The notes beneath the pieces were generated by a model that saw only the letters and a program-made list of their open reading frames with translations, made no database searches and had not been told where the DNA came from. Shown piece after piece: positions 7,919 to 16,922 of a stretch of 20,641 bases of DNA (its first letter is position 1; each line of letters opens with the position of its first letter). The DNA is taken from NCBI GenBank assembly GCA_040222015.1, contig JAVJWO010000082.1, positions 1-20,641 of the forward strand, written 5' to 3'. This DNA comes from Coleofasciculus chthonoplastes F2-STO-03. GTDB taxonomy: Bacteria; Cyanobacteriota; Cyanobacteriia; Cyanobacteriales; Coleofasciculaceae. A program made the position numbers and the translations under genes.

Positions 7919-9283
7919 TTAAGATGTACCTTTATTCTTGCCGATCGCGTTAATTAATTTTTTCGCTGCAATCGCACCAACCGCAACACCGCCAACCACT
8001 TGCGCTACCTTAACTGCCCGATTCAGATTACCATCAGAGAGATAGCGATGGAAAATTTCATCTTGCAGCCATTGTGCTGTAATCTTTAAATTACGAGCTG
8101 GTGTAGGCAAGAGTTCCAGATAAGTACCTTGACGAATTAAATGACCCATTTCTCCGGTGACTTCAAACTCTTCAAACAGGTTAGCCGCACCGTTACTGAT
8201 ACCCAGTTTGAGCAATGTTCCTCGGATATTCACCTGAGCTGGTAGAAGTTGACGATCAAAAGCTAAGGCAAATAAATTATCCGCGATCGCTTTCCCTTGT
8301 TGATAGGCTACCTGGGCGGTTGGGGGTAAGGAATTGTCCTGAATTGCTGCACAATCGCCTCCCGCAAAAACCTCTGGAAAATCCAATAATTGCAGCGTAG
8401 GTGTCACGTAGGGGCGCCCGTGATGATCCCGTTTATCTTTGGGAATCGGTAGGTCTTTAATTAAAGGATTAGTACTGGTTCCTGTTGTCCAGATGGCAGT
8501 TGATGTGGGTAAAGTATGAGTTTTATCATCTTTCTGATACTCAACTGCATCGGGGCGAATGGCTGTCGCTTGCGCCTCCATAATCAATTCCACAGGTACG
8601 GCGCGTTTTTGCAACTCCTGATAGGTGGGTTCCCGTAACGGATCATTAATGTCACCTTTGAGGATTTGCGAACCATGATTAATTAAAACGATACGAATAT
8701 CCTCTGGAGTACCCCCTAACGCCTCATACCAATAAGGAAGTAAATCCGCTAACGTTGCAGCCATCTCCACCCCAGAGGGTCCAGCACCAATCACGGCGAC
8801 GGTGAGCAGTTGACGGCGGATATGGGGATCGATAGTTTGCACCGCACGTTGCAGACAATCCCGAAGTTGCTGATCGATCGCGATCGCATTCTGTTGGGTG
8901 CGTAAGGGGAAAGCGTTTTCCTTGACGCCTTCAACGCCAAAATATCCCGTCACGCTACCTAATGCTAAGACTAAATTACTGTAGTTATAGATTGTACCTG
9001 AGGCTAATTTTACCTCCCGTTGCGGTAAGTCAATCTCTTGTACCGTATCTTGAACAAAAACCACACCGCTATCTTGTAGTAATTGATCAAACCGAGGGAC
9101 AACTTTTTGAGCATCCATTTCACCACTGCAATATTCATAGAGCAACGGCTTAAAACAAAAGCGTTCATCTCGATCAATTAGGATAACACTGCGCGGATAA
9201 TGGTGATGAGACAAATGCAAGGCGGTAAAAAGTCCCGTAAAGCCACCGCCAAGAATGACTGTTTGATGAATGGGATGAGTCAT
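7919..9283 (-). CDS. Type-II NAD(P)H:quinone oxidoreductase (NDH-2 family FAD oxidoreductase); likely start ATG 9283 (ORF extends to GTG 9310)
   Basis: VILGGGFTG, FKPLLYE, LVLALGS, VIGAGPSGVEMA, WTTG, VFAGGDCA, PPTAQVAYQQG; hydrophobic C-terminal tail. Confidence 0.88.
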   Translation of the reverse strand: MTHPIHQTVILGGGFTGLFTALHLSHHHYPRSVILIDRDERFCFKPLLYEYCSGEMDAQKVVPRFDQLLQDSGVVFVQDTVQEIDLPQREVKLASGTIYNYSNLVLALGSVTGYFGVEGVKENAFPLRTQQNAIAIDQQLRDCLQRAVQTIDPHIRRQLLTVAVIGAGPSGVEMAATLADLLPYWYEALGGTPEDIRIVLINHGSQILKGDINDPLREPTYQELQKRAVPVELIMEAQATAIRPDAVEYQKDDKTHTLPTSTAIWTTGTSTNPLIKDLPIPKDKRDHHGRPYVTPTLQLLDFPEVFAGGDCAAIQDNSLPPTAQVAYQQGKAIADNLFALAFDRQLLPAQVNIRGTLLKLGISNGAANLFEEFEVTGEMGHLIRQGTYLELLPTPARNLKITAQWLQDEIFHRYLSDGNLNRAVKVAQVVGGVAVGAIAAKKLINAIGKNKGTS

Positions 9284-9393
9284 AATCTTACTCTCTGAAT
9301 CTCTACTCACGAATAAACTTTTTGCCCAGGCTTTTACTTAGATTACTTAGATTAGTTTCTGTGCAAAGCTTAACTATGTAATCACCACAATTA

Positions 9394-9459
9394 AGCCTAG
9401 ACTCTTTACGATCAATGTCAACACAAATAAACTTAATTATTCCTCTATCTTTCAGTAGA
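9394..9459 (-). promoter_or_regulatory. 7-2-7 box (plus strand TCTATCT-TT-CAGTAGA, 9444-9459) upstream of a TTGACA-N16-TAGGCT promoter-like element for the NDH-2 gene
   Basis: Perfect TCTATCT half-site; minus-strand TTGACA at 9421-9416 and TAGGCT at 9399-9394. Confidence 0.55.
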
Positions 9460-9486
9460 TATTATAAAATTTTCCGGTAATTTTGC

Positions 9487-9521
9487 TCCCCCCCCTTTTG
9501 AAATAGGGGGTTGGGGGGGAT
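9487..9521. repeat. C-rich/G-rich cyanobacterial dispersed palindromic repeat (CCCCCCCCTTTTGAAATAGGGGGTTGGGGGGGA); possible 3' hairpin of the oxidase operon
   Basis: C8 and G5/G7 runs can pair; lies 10 nt downstream of the ctaE stop. Confidence 0.55.
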
Positions 9522-9530
9522 ATGACCGAC

Positions 9531-10163
9531 TCACCACACGTAAAGGAGTAGAAATAAAACCACCCAAATCCCATCAACAACGTGCCAGAACAACGAAACC
9601 GCCGTAACGCCAAAGTGACCCCGGTTGTAATTTCCTGGAATAAATGAACGAACTAACATCAGCATTTGCAGAAAAATACCGACGAAAACATGCAACCCAT
9701 GGAACCCCGTTAACACATAAAACGTTCCGCCTAATGTCGCCGCATTTAGACCAAAATCCAGGTGTTGCCACTCTTTAACCTCACCGACTAAAAAGTAAGC
9801 GCCCATGATAGAGGTCGTCAACCACAAGAAGCGAAATTGGGTAAATTTGTGGTGAGATAAAGCCCGTTCCGCTAAATAAATCACCAAGCTACTCGAAACC
9901 AACACGACAGAATGAATTATCACCGAACCCGACAATTCAGGTGCGGAAACACCGGGAGGACGCCAATCATCAGTTAAAGCCCGCAGACCCACATAAGCGA
10001 CAATTAAACTCGCGAAGATCATGCTTTCGGACAGCAAGAAGAGGGTAAAGCCAAACAGGACTTTACCTCGCTCATCCTCAAGTTTTTCCTTGTCAGCCAC
10101 TTTAGCGTGAGGATTTTTCAACTCACGAGACGGAATAAACTTTTCTAGCCTGGATTTTATCAT
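9531..10163 (-). CDS. ctaE: Heme-copper oxidase subunit III (ARTO/Cox3-type)
   Basis: LFLLSESMIF, LVSSS, FYVLTGFHGLHV, FWHVVDGIW.LF.LLY. Confidence 0.93.
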   Translation of the reverse strand: MIKSRLEKFIPSRELKNPHAKVADKEKLEDERGKVLFGFTLFLLSESMIFASLIVAYVGLRALTDDWRPPGVSAPELSGSVIIHSVVLVSSSLVIYLAERALSHHKFTQFRFLWLTTSIMGAYFLVGEVKEWQHLDFGLNAATLGGTFYVLTGFHGLHVFVGIFLQMLMLVRSFIPGNYNRGHFGVTAVSLFWHVVDGIWVVLFLLLYVW

Positions 10164-10229
10164 TTAAGTAACTACCTGACTATAAATAATGTAGGTTATA
10201 AAATAATAATGTTAAAACCAATCAAATCC

Positions 10230-10313
10230 TTACAAATTACAAATGATAAATTACAAATGATAAATGACGAATGACGAATGACAAATGACGAATGAAGAAT
10301 GACGAATGACGAC
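10230..10313 (+). repeat. STRR heptamer array, 12 units (TTACAAA/TGATAAA/TGACGAA/TGACAAA variants) between ctaD and ctaE
   Basis: Uninterrupted 7-nt period from 10230 to the ctaD stop codon. Confidence 0.9.
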
Positions 10314-12008
10314 CTATTTATGATGTCTATCAATCGCTCCCGGATCAGTTGAATCTACCCTAGAATAGGTGGGTTGACCATAACTGTAGGGCGCTAATCT
10401 CACCGTCGGAATTTCCTCAAAATTCTCCTTCGGTGGCGGTGAAGAAACCGTCCATTCCAGTCCAGTCGCCTGCCAAGGATTGTTGCCAATTTTAACCCCG
10501 TATAACCAAGACGCCACCATGTTGGCAATAAAAGGCAGGGTTGATACCCCCAATAAAAACGCACCCAAGCTGGCTAAAACATTTCCCCCCATATACTGGG
10601 GTGGATATGACGAAACCCGACGCACCATTCCCTGTAAACCCACCGCCAGCATCGGAAAAAAGGTTAGGTTTGCCCCAATAAAGGTGAGCCAAAAATGTAC
10701 CTTACCCCAGCCCTCGTTATACGCCCGCCCCGTCATCTTCGGGAACCAGAAATAAATGGCGGCGAAGATAGCAACCGTAATCGTGTTGTAGACAATGTAG
10801 TGAAAATGTCCAACAATAAAATGAGTGTTGTTGACATGAATATCAAAGGGCATTACACCGAGCATCACCCCGGTAATACCACCGAGGAGAAACATCACCA
10901 CACCCCCTAGGGCAAACAGCATCGGTGTATCCAAATGAAGCCGACTTTTCCAAACAGTTGCTGTCCAAGCAAACACCTTAATTCCTGTAGGTACAGCCAC
11001 CAATTCCGACGTAAACATAAACAGCACCCGCATCCATTCCGGCGTACCACTGGCAAACAGATGGTGCGCCCAGACAAAAGCACTCGCCAAAGCGATTCCG
11101 AACGACGCCAGCGCGACTGAACGATAACCAAAAAGAGGATTGCGGGAAAAAGCCGGGATGATTTCTGAGAAAATACCAAATGCAGGTAATGCCCAAACAT
11201 AAACCGTTGGGTGAGAATAGAACCAGAACATGTGCTGGTAAAGGAGGGGACTTCCCCCGTTAAATGGATTAAAGAAATTAGTGTTAAATGTCAAATCAAA
11301 AAGTAGCAGGATTAAACCGCCCGTGAGAGAGGGAAGGAAAAGGAGTTGAAGTAACTGGGCGCTGAGAACAGTCCAGACAAAAATCGGCATCCGAAAAAAG
11401 GTCATTCCGGGTGCGCGTAACCGGACAATCGTCGTCACCAAATTCAGGGCTGCCATAATTGATGAAATCCCCAACAGCAGCAGACTCAAAATCCAAAACA
11501 ATTGACCATTAATTAGCGAACCCGATGGGTTTTGCGTACTCAACTGTGGGTAAGACCACCAGCCTGATTGGGGGACACCACTAGGCAATAAAAAGCTGGA
11601 TATGAGGAGAATTCCGGCGGGGGGAATCATCCAAAAAGACAGGGCATTGAGGAAGGGAAACGCCATATCCCTTGCCCCAATCATCAGCGGTATTAAATAG
11701 TTAGAAAGCCCTGCCAAGGCGGGAATAATCCAGAGAAAGATCATCACCGTACCATGCATGGTGAACAAGCCATTGTACAGGGTGCGATCCACTAAATCAG
11801 ACGCCGGGGTGATTAGTTCAGCCCGGATTAGCATCGCCAACAGACCCGCGATAAGAAAGAAAATAAAAGAGGTGACTAGATACTGAATTCCGATAACTTT
11901 GTGGTCTTGGTTAAAGGTGAAATAGTTCCACCAATCGGTCTCTGATTCACTATGAGAATCGGGCAAATTGCCAGCACCATCAATTTCATGAATAGAATGA
12001 TTTGTCAT
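10314..12008 (-). CDS. ctaD: Heme-copper oxidase subunit I (A2-type YS motif; ARTO/Cox3-like)
   Basis: DHKVIG, TMHGT, RDMAFP.LN, WFYSHPTVY (His-Tyr cross-link), WAHH, PTGIK, GHFHY, GMVRR. Confidence 0.95.
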   Translation of the reverse strand: MTNHSIHEIDGAGNLPDSHSESETDWWNYFTFNQDHKVIGIQYLVTSFIFFLIAGLLAMLIRAELITPASDLVDRTLYNGLFTMHGTVMIFLWIIPALAGLSNYLIPLMIGARDMAFPFLNALSFWMIPPAGILLISSFLLPSGVPQSGWWSYPQLSTQNPSGSLINGQLFWILSLLLLGISSIMAALNLVTTIVRLRAPGMTFFRMPIFVWTVLSAQLLQLLFLPSLTGGLILLLFDLTFNTNFFNPFNGGSPLLYQHMFWFYSHPTVYVWALPAFGIFSEIIPAFSRNPLFGYRSVALASFGIALASAFVWAHHLFASGTPEWMRVLFMFTSELVAVPTGIKVFAWTATVWKSRLHLDTPMLFALGGVVMFLLGGITGVMLGVMPFDIHVNNTHFIVGHFHYIVYNTITVAIFAAIYFWFPKMTGRAYNEGWGKVHFWLTFIGANLTFFPMLAVGLQGMVRRVSSYPPQYMGGNVLASLGAFLLGVSTLPFIANMVASWLYGVKIGNNPWQATGLEWTVSSPPPKENFEEIPTVRLAPYSYGQPTYSRVDSTDPGAIDRHHK

Positions 12009-12031
12009 TTTTGTAACCCTGATTATTCTAA

Positions 12032-12943
12032 CTAACTGGCATAATTGACAACAGGCGGTGGAGTGGGTAAAGTAGTGTGCCAGTGGCTTTGAAACAGCCT
12101 CTTCGGTGGTGTTTCATATTCAGAAACGGCTTGATTGTTCGCTAAGGTTGGCTCATGGCTAGCGGCTTGGGCTAACCACTGGTCATAATTCTCCAGAGAA
12201 TCCACATAAACATCCGCTTGCATCAGAGCGAAGTAAGTACCACTGAATTGGGAATCCTGTAGCTGATAATGACCCTCGCGAGTGGGAATAAATTGAAAGT
12301 CAATGGGACGATTAGGGATAATATCTTGTTTAATCCGGAACTCTGGAATGTAAAATCCATGCAGTACATCGTTTGACTGCAACACTAAGCGAACTCGCTG
12401 ATTCACAGGTAAATGTAACTCGGTGCTGGTGACATTTTGCTGCGGATAGCGAAATGACCAGTTCCACTGCTGGGAAATTACCTCTATCTCTACTGTTGGT
12501 TCAGAGTCGGGAGGAACGGTTTCTGCATAAGCAGGTTTAGTTCCCCAAGGTAAATGAAACTCGGCTAATACCTGCTGGGGACCAGCGATATCCATTTGGT
12601 CATAAATATAGAACCCGTACCCAGAAATCCACAACACCAGCAGAATTGGAATTCCTGTCCAAATTGCTTCGATTTTAAGATTTCCCCGGGACGGATGACC
12701 TTCGCGGTAGTCTCCCGGATCTGCCCGACAGGTAAGAATAGAATAGGCGATCATTCCCACAACACAAAGGAAAATAATCGAACTCATGCAGACGAGAAAG
12801 CTAAACAAGTTATCAATCCGTTCGGCATCGGTGGTGGCTTGAATGGGCATCCAATGATACGCTTCCTGTCCCACCCAATAACTGATGATAATAATCATCG
12901 CCACAGCAACGACTATGAGTAAATATTCTATAGTTCTCAACAT
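12032..12943 (-). CDS. ctaC: Heme-copper oxidase subunit II lacking CuA ligands (ARTO/CoxB3-type)
   Basis: IEAIWTGIP, QQWNWSFRYP, DVLHGFYIP, KQDIIP; the CuA motif CxExCGxxHxxM reads DSQFSGTYFALM. Confidence 0.92.
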   Translation of the reverse strand: MLRTIEYLLIVVAVAMIIIISYWVGQEAYHWMPIQATTDAERIDNLFSFLVCMSSIIFLCVVGMIAYSILTCRADPGDYREGHPSRGNLKIEAIWTGIPILLVLWISGYGFYIYDQMDIAGPQQVLAEFHLPWGTKPAYAETVPPDSEPTVEIEVISQQWNWSFRYPQQNVTSTELHLPVNQRVRLVLQSNDVLHGFYIPEFRIKQDIIPNRPIDFQFIPTREGHYQLQDSQFSGTYFALMQADVYVDSLENYDQWLAQAASHEPTLANNQAVSEYETPPKRLFQSHWHTTLPTPPPVVNYAS

Positions 12944-12978
12944 AAAACTATTGCTACATTCAACAGTATTGTTTGGGG

Positions 12979-13584
12979 TTAATCTAGCACAAGATTGGGG
13001 TTTTTATGCTGTTGGAGTAAGTGAACTGCCGTATTGTGAATGCCAAACTCATCTCCCAATTGCGCTCCCAGAGTGCCGTGAAGGTAGAGGATACCAAGGA
13101 GGATAACACCCACAACCAGATAACTCCACTGCACTTGTTGACCAGCGTCTGTGCGCCACCGATAGCGCTGTAAGCCTCTCCACACCGTCATGGCAACAAT
13201 TACTGTTAACAGGAGAACACCGCCGACACCATGCCAAAGCATCGTTTGACCTGCCCCTAATCCCCAATCACTGATCTGATTGATGGGCGGATTTGCCAAC
13301 ATCATTTCAAAAAAGCCGATCGCGACGGTAAAAAAGGTGATCACAGCACAACCAAGTAGATTGTACCAGCCCACATCAAAAAATCCCGAACGGATAGCTG
13401 GAAGCCGGAAAAATTCTAGAATCGGTCGTTCTAATTTAAAAAATGTTCCGGCTAGATCAAAGATAATGGCAATAATAAATAGACCTAGAGTTAGATGGAC
13501 AAAATGGGGATGAATGGGAACCCGGTAGGGAAGTCCATTGACACCGAGTTTTAGTCCTAACTGATCAATAAGTTGCTGTTCCAT
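12979..13584 (-). CDS. DUF2231-like membrane protein (ARTO operon accessory gene 2)
   Basis: PIHPHFVHLTLG, WHGVGG, LHGTLGAQLG..FGIH; about 4 TM segments; TAATG overlap with the upstream gene at 13584. Confidence 0.8.
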   Translation of the reverse strand: MEQQLIDQLGLKLGVNGLPYRVPIHPHFVHLTLGLFIIAIIFDLAGTFFKLERPILEFFRLPAIRSGFFDVGWYNLLGCAVITFFTVAIGFFEMMLANPPINQISDWGLGAGQTMLWHGVGGVLLLTVIVAMTVWRGLQRYRWRTDAGQQVQWSYLVVGVILLGILYLHGTLGAQLGDEFGIHNTAVHLLQQHKNPNLVLD

Positions 13585-14066
13585 TACAATAGCCCCTGCT
13601 TAGTCGCTTCTACAATAGGTTCTAAATGTAATCCATAAACCCACATTAATTGGCTACCCAGATACATTTGAAATAATACCAAAGAGACTAAAAAAGTGGC
13701 AACTCCTAAATAAGCGGGTGGTATTTTCAACGGGTCACGAGAGCGAATAGCAAAGCGCCATGCCGTTATAGCAACAACGATCGCGGAGAGTGACCATCCC
13801 GTAACTGAATGCCAATTTAGTGTGGATTGAGCGGCTGGATAAGGTTTAGCCAAACTCGCTTCAAGCTGTCCAAAAAACACCGCAAAGAAAATCGCGATCG
13901 CGGCGACAAATAAATTCCAAAAACTGACCTCAAATAGATGGTATCGGCGGCTGAAATAACCAATGATATCGCAGACGAAAGCGAACAACACCATGGCGAT
14001 GACGAAATGGACAATGATCGGATGGATCAGATCGGGATAGGGTAGATTCTGGCTATTGAGAGACAT
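13584..14066 (-). CDS. DUF2231-like membrane protein (ARTO operon accessory gene 1)
   Basis: LIHPIIVHFVIA, WNL, WHSVTGW, LGSQLMWVYGLH; strong SD GAAGGAG. Confidence 0.8.
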   Translation of the reverse strand: MSLNSQNLPYPDLIHPIIVHFVIAMVLFAFVCDIIGYFSRRYHLFEVSFWNLFVAAIAIFFAVFFGQLEASLAKPYPAAQSTLNWHSVTGWSLSAIVVAITAWRFAIRSRDPLKIPPAYLGVATFLVSLVLFQMYLGSQLMWVYGLHLEPIVEATKQGLL

Positions 14067-14167
14067 TTTTTTCTCCTTCAGGCAAGCCCCACCCTGTCAG
14101 GGTTAGCCACCTTAGCTCTGTTCATTTAAGGGCGTCTGAGAGGCTTAATCCGTAAACTACACCCTTA

Positions 14168-14211
14168 ATCTTGGTCTTGAGGGAATCACCAAGTATCTCT
14201 CTAAAGATAGA
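14168..14211 (-). promoter_or_regulatory. 7-2-7 box TCTCTCT-AA-AGATAGA (14196-14211), then 22 nt, then -10-like CAAGAT, for the oxidase operon
   Basis: Closest of the four sites to a perfect palindrome; same 22-nt spacing on the minus strand. Confidence 0.6.
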
Positions 14212-14285
14212 GATTATTGGGAGAACTGTTAAAAAATAATAATCGACTTAATTTGTAATAAATATGAAATATCAATGACATAGGA

Positions 14286-14370
14286 TTGACATATTTATTT
14301 GCTAATAATATATTCCTCCTAGATTTTATTCCTTGAGATAGAGGTTTTTATGAAAATTAATTTTTAAAGT
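14286..14370 (+). promoter_or_regulatory. Tandem promoter region of the GH15 operon: TTGACA-N17-TATATT (14286-14314), then 7-2-7 box TATTCCT-TG-AGATAGA (14327-14342), 22 nt, TAAAGT
   Basis: Near-consensus sigma70 elements and the shared motif read directly. Confidence 0.6.
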
Positions 14371-14457
14371 TTTAAACGAGATGAGTGTTTCTGAATGAAT
14401 AAGAATTAACTCTTTCGTGTAAAGGACATGAAAAATTACACACAACAGAGGTAAAAA

Positions 14458-16854
14458 ATGGTGAAATTACTGACTCAAAATCAAGCCTTTGGTTCACCCG
14501 GAATGACTCCCCGATGGACTCATGCCAATAAAAAGGGAATTGGAACCGCTTACTCCACCGCCAGTCAAATCTGGTTTACTGTCTGGAATGGTGTTGTCAC
14601 CGAAGTCTACTATCCCAGAGTGGATCGACCGCAGATTCGGGATCTTCAGTACCTCATTGGTGATGGTCAAACGTTTTTCCATGAAGAGAAGCGCCATCTC
14701 CAATCCCACATAGAACGCCTTCAAGATCAGACGTTGGGCTACCGCCTGATCAATTCTCATCCCCAGGGACACTATACAATCATCAAAGAAGTGATCGCTG
14801 ATCCCCATCTTTCGTGCTTACTTCAGCACACTCAGTTAAAAGCTGAACCAAAAGTCCGTTCTCAGCTTCAACTGTACGCTTTATGTGCCCCCCATCTTCA
14901 AGTTGGGGGTTGGGGAAACAATGCATCGGTTATCGAAGTGGCTGGACACCGCATTTTGACCGCTCACAAAGAAGGAGTTTGGCTGGCGCTGGGAGCCACA
15001 ATACCTTTTAAGCATCTGTCCTGTGGCTACGTCGGTCAAAGCGATGGCTGGACGGATTTAGCCGATAATTTCCAGATGGACTGGGAATTCGATCAGGCGT
15101 TGGATGGTAACTTAGCATTAATGGGCGAACTTTCAATCCATCAGGGCGATGAATTCACCCTAGGACTTGCCTTTGGTGACAGCCTGCACGCGGCGGCAGC
15201 CACCCTGTTTCAGTCGCTCAACCTTCCTTTTGCCAACCAGAAGAGACGGTATATCGAACAGTGGCAACGTTCCGACGATAAAATCCTGCCCTTAGAAACT
15301 GTTTCAAGTGATGGCGGGAACCTCTATCACAGCAGTATTAGCCTATTGTTGGCACATGAAGATAAGACCTATCCGGGTGCTTTAATTGCATCCCTTTCCA
15401 TCCCCTGGGGAGAAGCCAAAGGTGATCAAGACCAAGGGGGATACCACCTCGTCTGGACGCGGGATATGGTGAGCAGTGTCGCCGGTCTCGTCGCTGCCGG
15501 GGAAACGGATACCGCTATGCGATCGCTAATCTATCTTGCCACGAGTCAAAAAGAAGACGGTAGCTTTGCTCAAAACTTCTGGGTTAGTGGTGAACCCTAC
15601 TGGACAGGTATCCAACTCGACGAGGTTGCGTTTCCGATTCTGCTGGCGTGGCTGCTGAAGCGGGAAAAGGTTGCTTTCCACTTTGATATCTATCCAATGA
15701 TTATCAAAGCCGCAGGTTTTCTGGTTCGCCATGGACCTGCCACTCAACAAGAACGATGGGAGGAAAACAGTGGCTATTCCCCCTCAACCTTAGCCTGTAA
15801 CATTGCCGCGCTGATTTGTGCCGCTACTTTCGCCCATCAGCAGGGGGATGACGCCACCGCCAAATTCCTAGAGGACTACGCCGACTTTCTGGAAAGCCAC
15901 CTGGAAGCGTGGACTGTGACCACACAAGGAACGCTGGTGCCGGGGATTAAACGCCATTACATTCGTTTGACTCCAGCAGATATCGATAACCCGACGCCCC
16001 AAGAAGACCCGAACACCAGCACAATTTTTATCACCTCTCGCCCACCGAATACTCCCCATGAATTTCCAGCCAAAGAAATTGTTGATGGTGGATTCCTGCT
16101 TCTAGTTCGCTATGGGATTCGCCCAGCCGATGACCCGATTATCGTGGATTCGGTCAAGGTACTCGATGCCGTACTCAAAGTGGATACGCCCTATGGTTCC
16201 TGCTGGCATCGTTATAACAACGACGGCTATGGACAGCGAGAGGATGGAGGTCCCTTTGAAGGGTGGGGTCAAGGACGAGCGTGGCCCCTGCTGACCGGGG
16301 AACGGGGTCACTATGAACTCAGTGCTGGCGGTGATGTCCAATCCTTGATTCAGGCAATGGAAGGATTTGCATCCAACACAGGCTTGCTACCGGAGCAGAT
16401 TTGGGATGAATCCGATCGCCCGGAGTTGCATCTACATCTGGGCAAACCCACCACTTCTGCTATGCCCTTAATGTGGGCGCACGCCGAGTATCTCAAATTA
16501 CTGCGATCGCGCTATGACGGTCAGGTCTTTGACTTGATTCCAGAGGTAGCACAGCGATATCAAGGCGATCGCGCATCGTGCAAATTATTAGAGGTTTGGA
16601 AGTTTAACCGCCAAGTGAGTACAGTCCAAAAGAGTTATACGTTGCGGATTCAAGCTTCAGCCGCCTTTCGCCTCCATTGGTCAGCAGATGATTGGCAAAC
16701 GGTGCAGGATACTTCCTCAGCTTCAACCAGCTTGGGCATTGAGTATGTCGATATTCCGATTACGAGTGAGCTGCAAGCCCCCATCCGCTTTACCTTTTTC
16801 TGGACAGCCAGTAATCATTGGGAACAAAGGAACTATGAGGTTGCTGTTGAGTAA
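14458..16854 (+). CDS. GH15 glucoamylase/glucodextranase (glucan 1,4-alpha-glucosidase) with N-terminal beta domain and C-terminal extension
   Basis: K.GIGTA, EVYYP, IASLSIPWG, GYHLVWTRD, QLDE, QERWEE (general acid), YNNDGYG, WPLLTGERGHYE, LPEQIW (general base), PLMWAHAEY; no signal peptide visible. Confidence 0.92.
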   Translation: MVKLLTQNQAFGSPGMTPRWTHANKKGIGTAYSTASQIWFTVWNGVVTEVYYPRVDRPQIRDLQYLIGDGQTFFHEEKRHLQSHIERLQDQTLGYRLINSHPQGHYTIIKEVIADPHLSCLLQHTQLKAEPKVRSQLQLYALCAPHLQVGGWGNNASVIEVAGHRILTAHKEGVWLALGATIPFKHLSCGYVGQSDGWTDLADNFQMDWEFDQALDGNLALMGELSIHQGDEFTLGLAFGDSLHAAAATLFQSLNLPFANQKRRYIEQWQRSDDKILPLETVSSDGGNLYHSSISLLLAHEDKTYPGALIASLSIPWGEAKGDQDQGGYHLVWTRDMVSSVAGLVAAGETDTAMRSLIYLATSQKEDGSFAQNFWVSGEPYWTGIQLDEVAFPILLAWLLKREKVAFHFDIYPMIIKAAGFLVRHGPATQQERWEENSGYSPSTLACNIAALICAATFAHQQGDDATAKFLEDYADFLESHLEAWTVTTQGTLVPGIKRHYIRLTPADIDNPTPQEDPNTSTIFITSRPPNTPHEFPAKEIVDGGFLLLVRYGIRPADDPIIVDSVKVLDAVLKVDTPYGSCWHRYNNDGYGQREDGGPFEGWGQGRAWPLLTGERGHYELSAGGDVQSLIQAMEGFASNTGLLPEQIWDESDRPELHLHLGKPTTSAMPLMWAHAEYLKLLRSRYDGQVFDLIPEVAQRYQGDRASCKLLEVWKFNRQVSTVQKSYTLRIQASAAFRLHWSADDWQTVQDTSSASTSLGIEYVDIPITSELQAPIRFTFFWTASNHWEQRNYEVAVE

Positions 16855-16880
16855 GTCGGTGGAAAAATTAAAGTTATTTT

Positions 16881-16901
16881 CGTCATTGGTCATTTGTTAT
16901 T
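16881..16901 (-). repeat. Short degenerate STRR (about 3 heptamers) before gnd
   Basis: cgtcatt-ggtcatt-tgttatt is the reverse orientation of the AATGACA family. Confidence 0.5.
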
Positions 16902-16922
16902 CATCAAAGGAGAAAAGGAAAA

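Noticed and set aside
10314..12008. Nitric oxide reductase interpretation of subunit I
   Set aside because: The His-Tyr cross-link residues, D-channel Asp/Asn and K-channel Lys are all retained
14126..14168. Inverted repeat TTAAGGGCGT...ACACCCTTAA in the oxidase leader
   Set aside because: One arm overlaps the predicted TSS region, so the hairpin may not be transcribed; no recognisable riboswitch features
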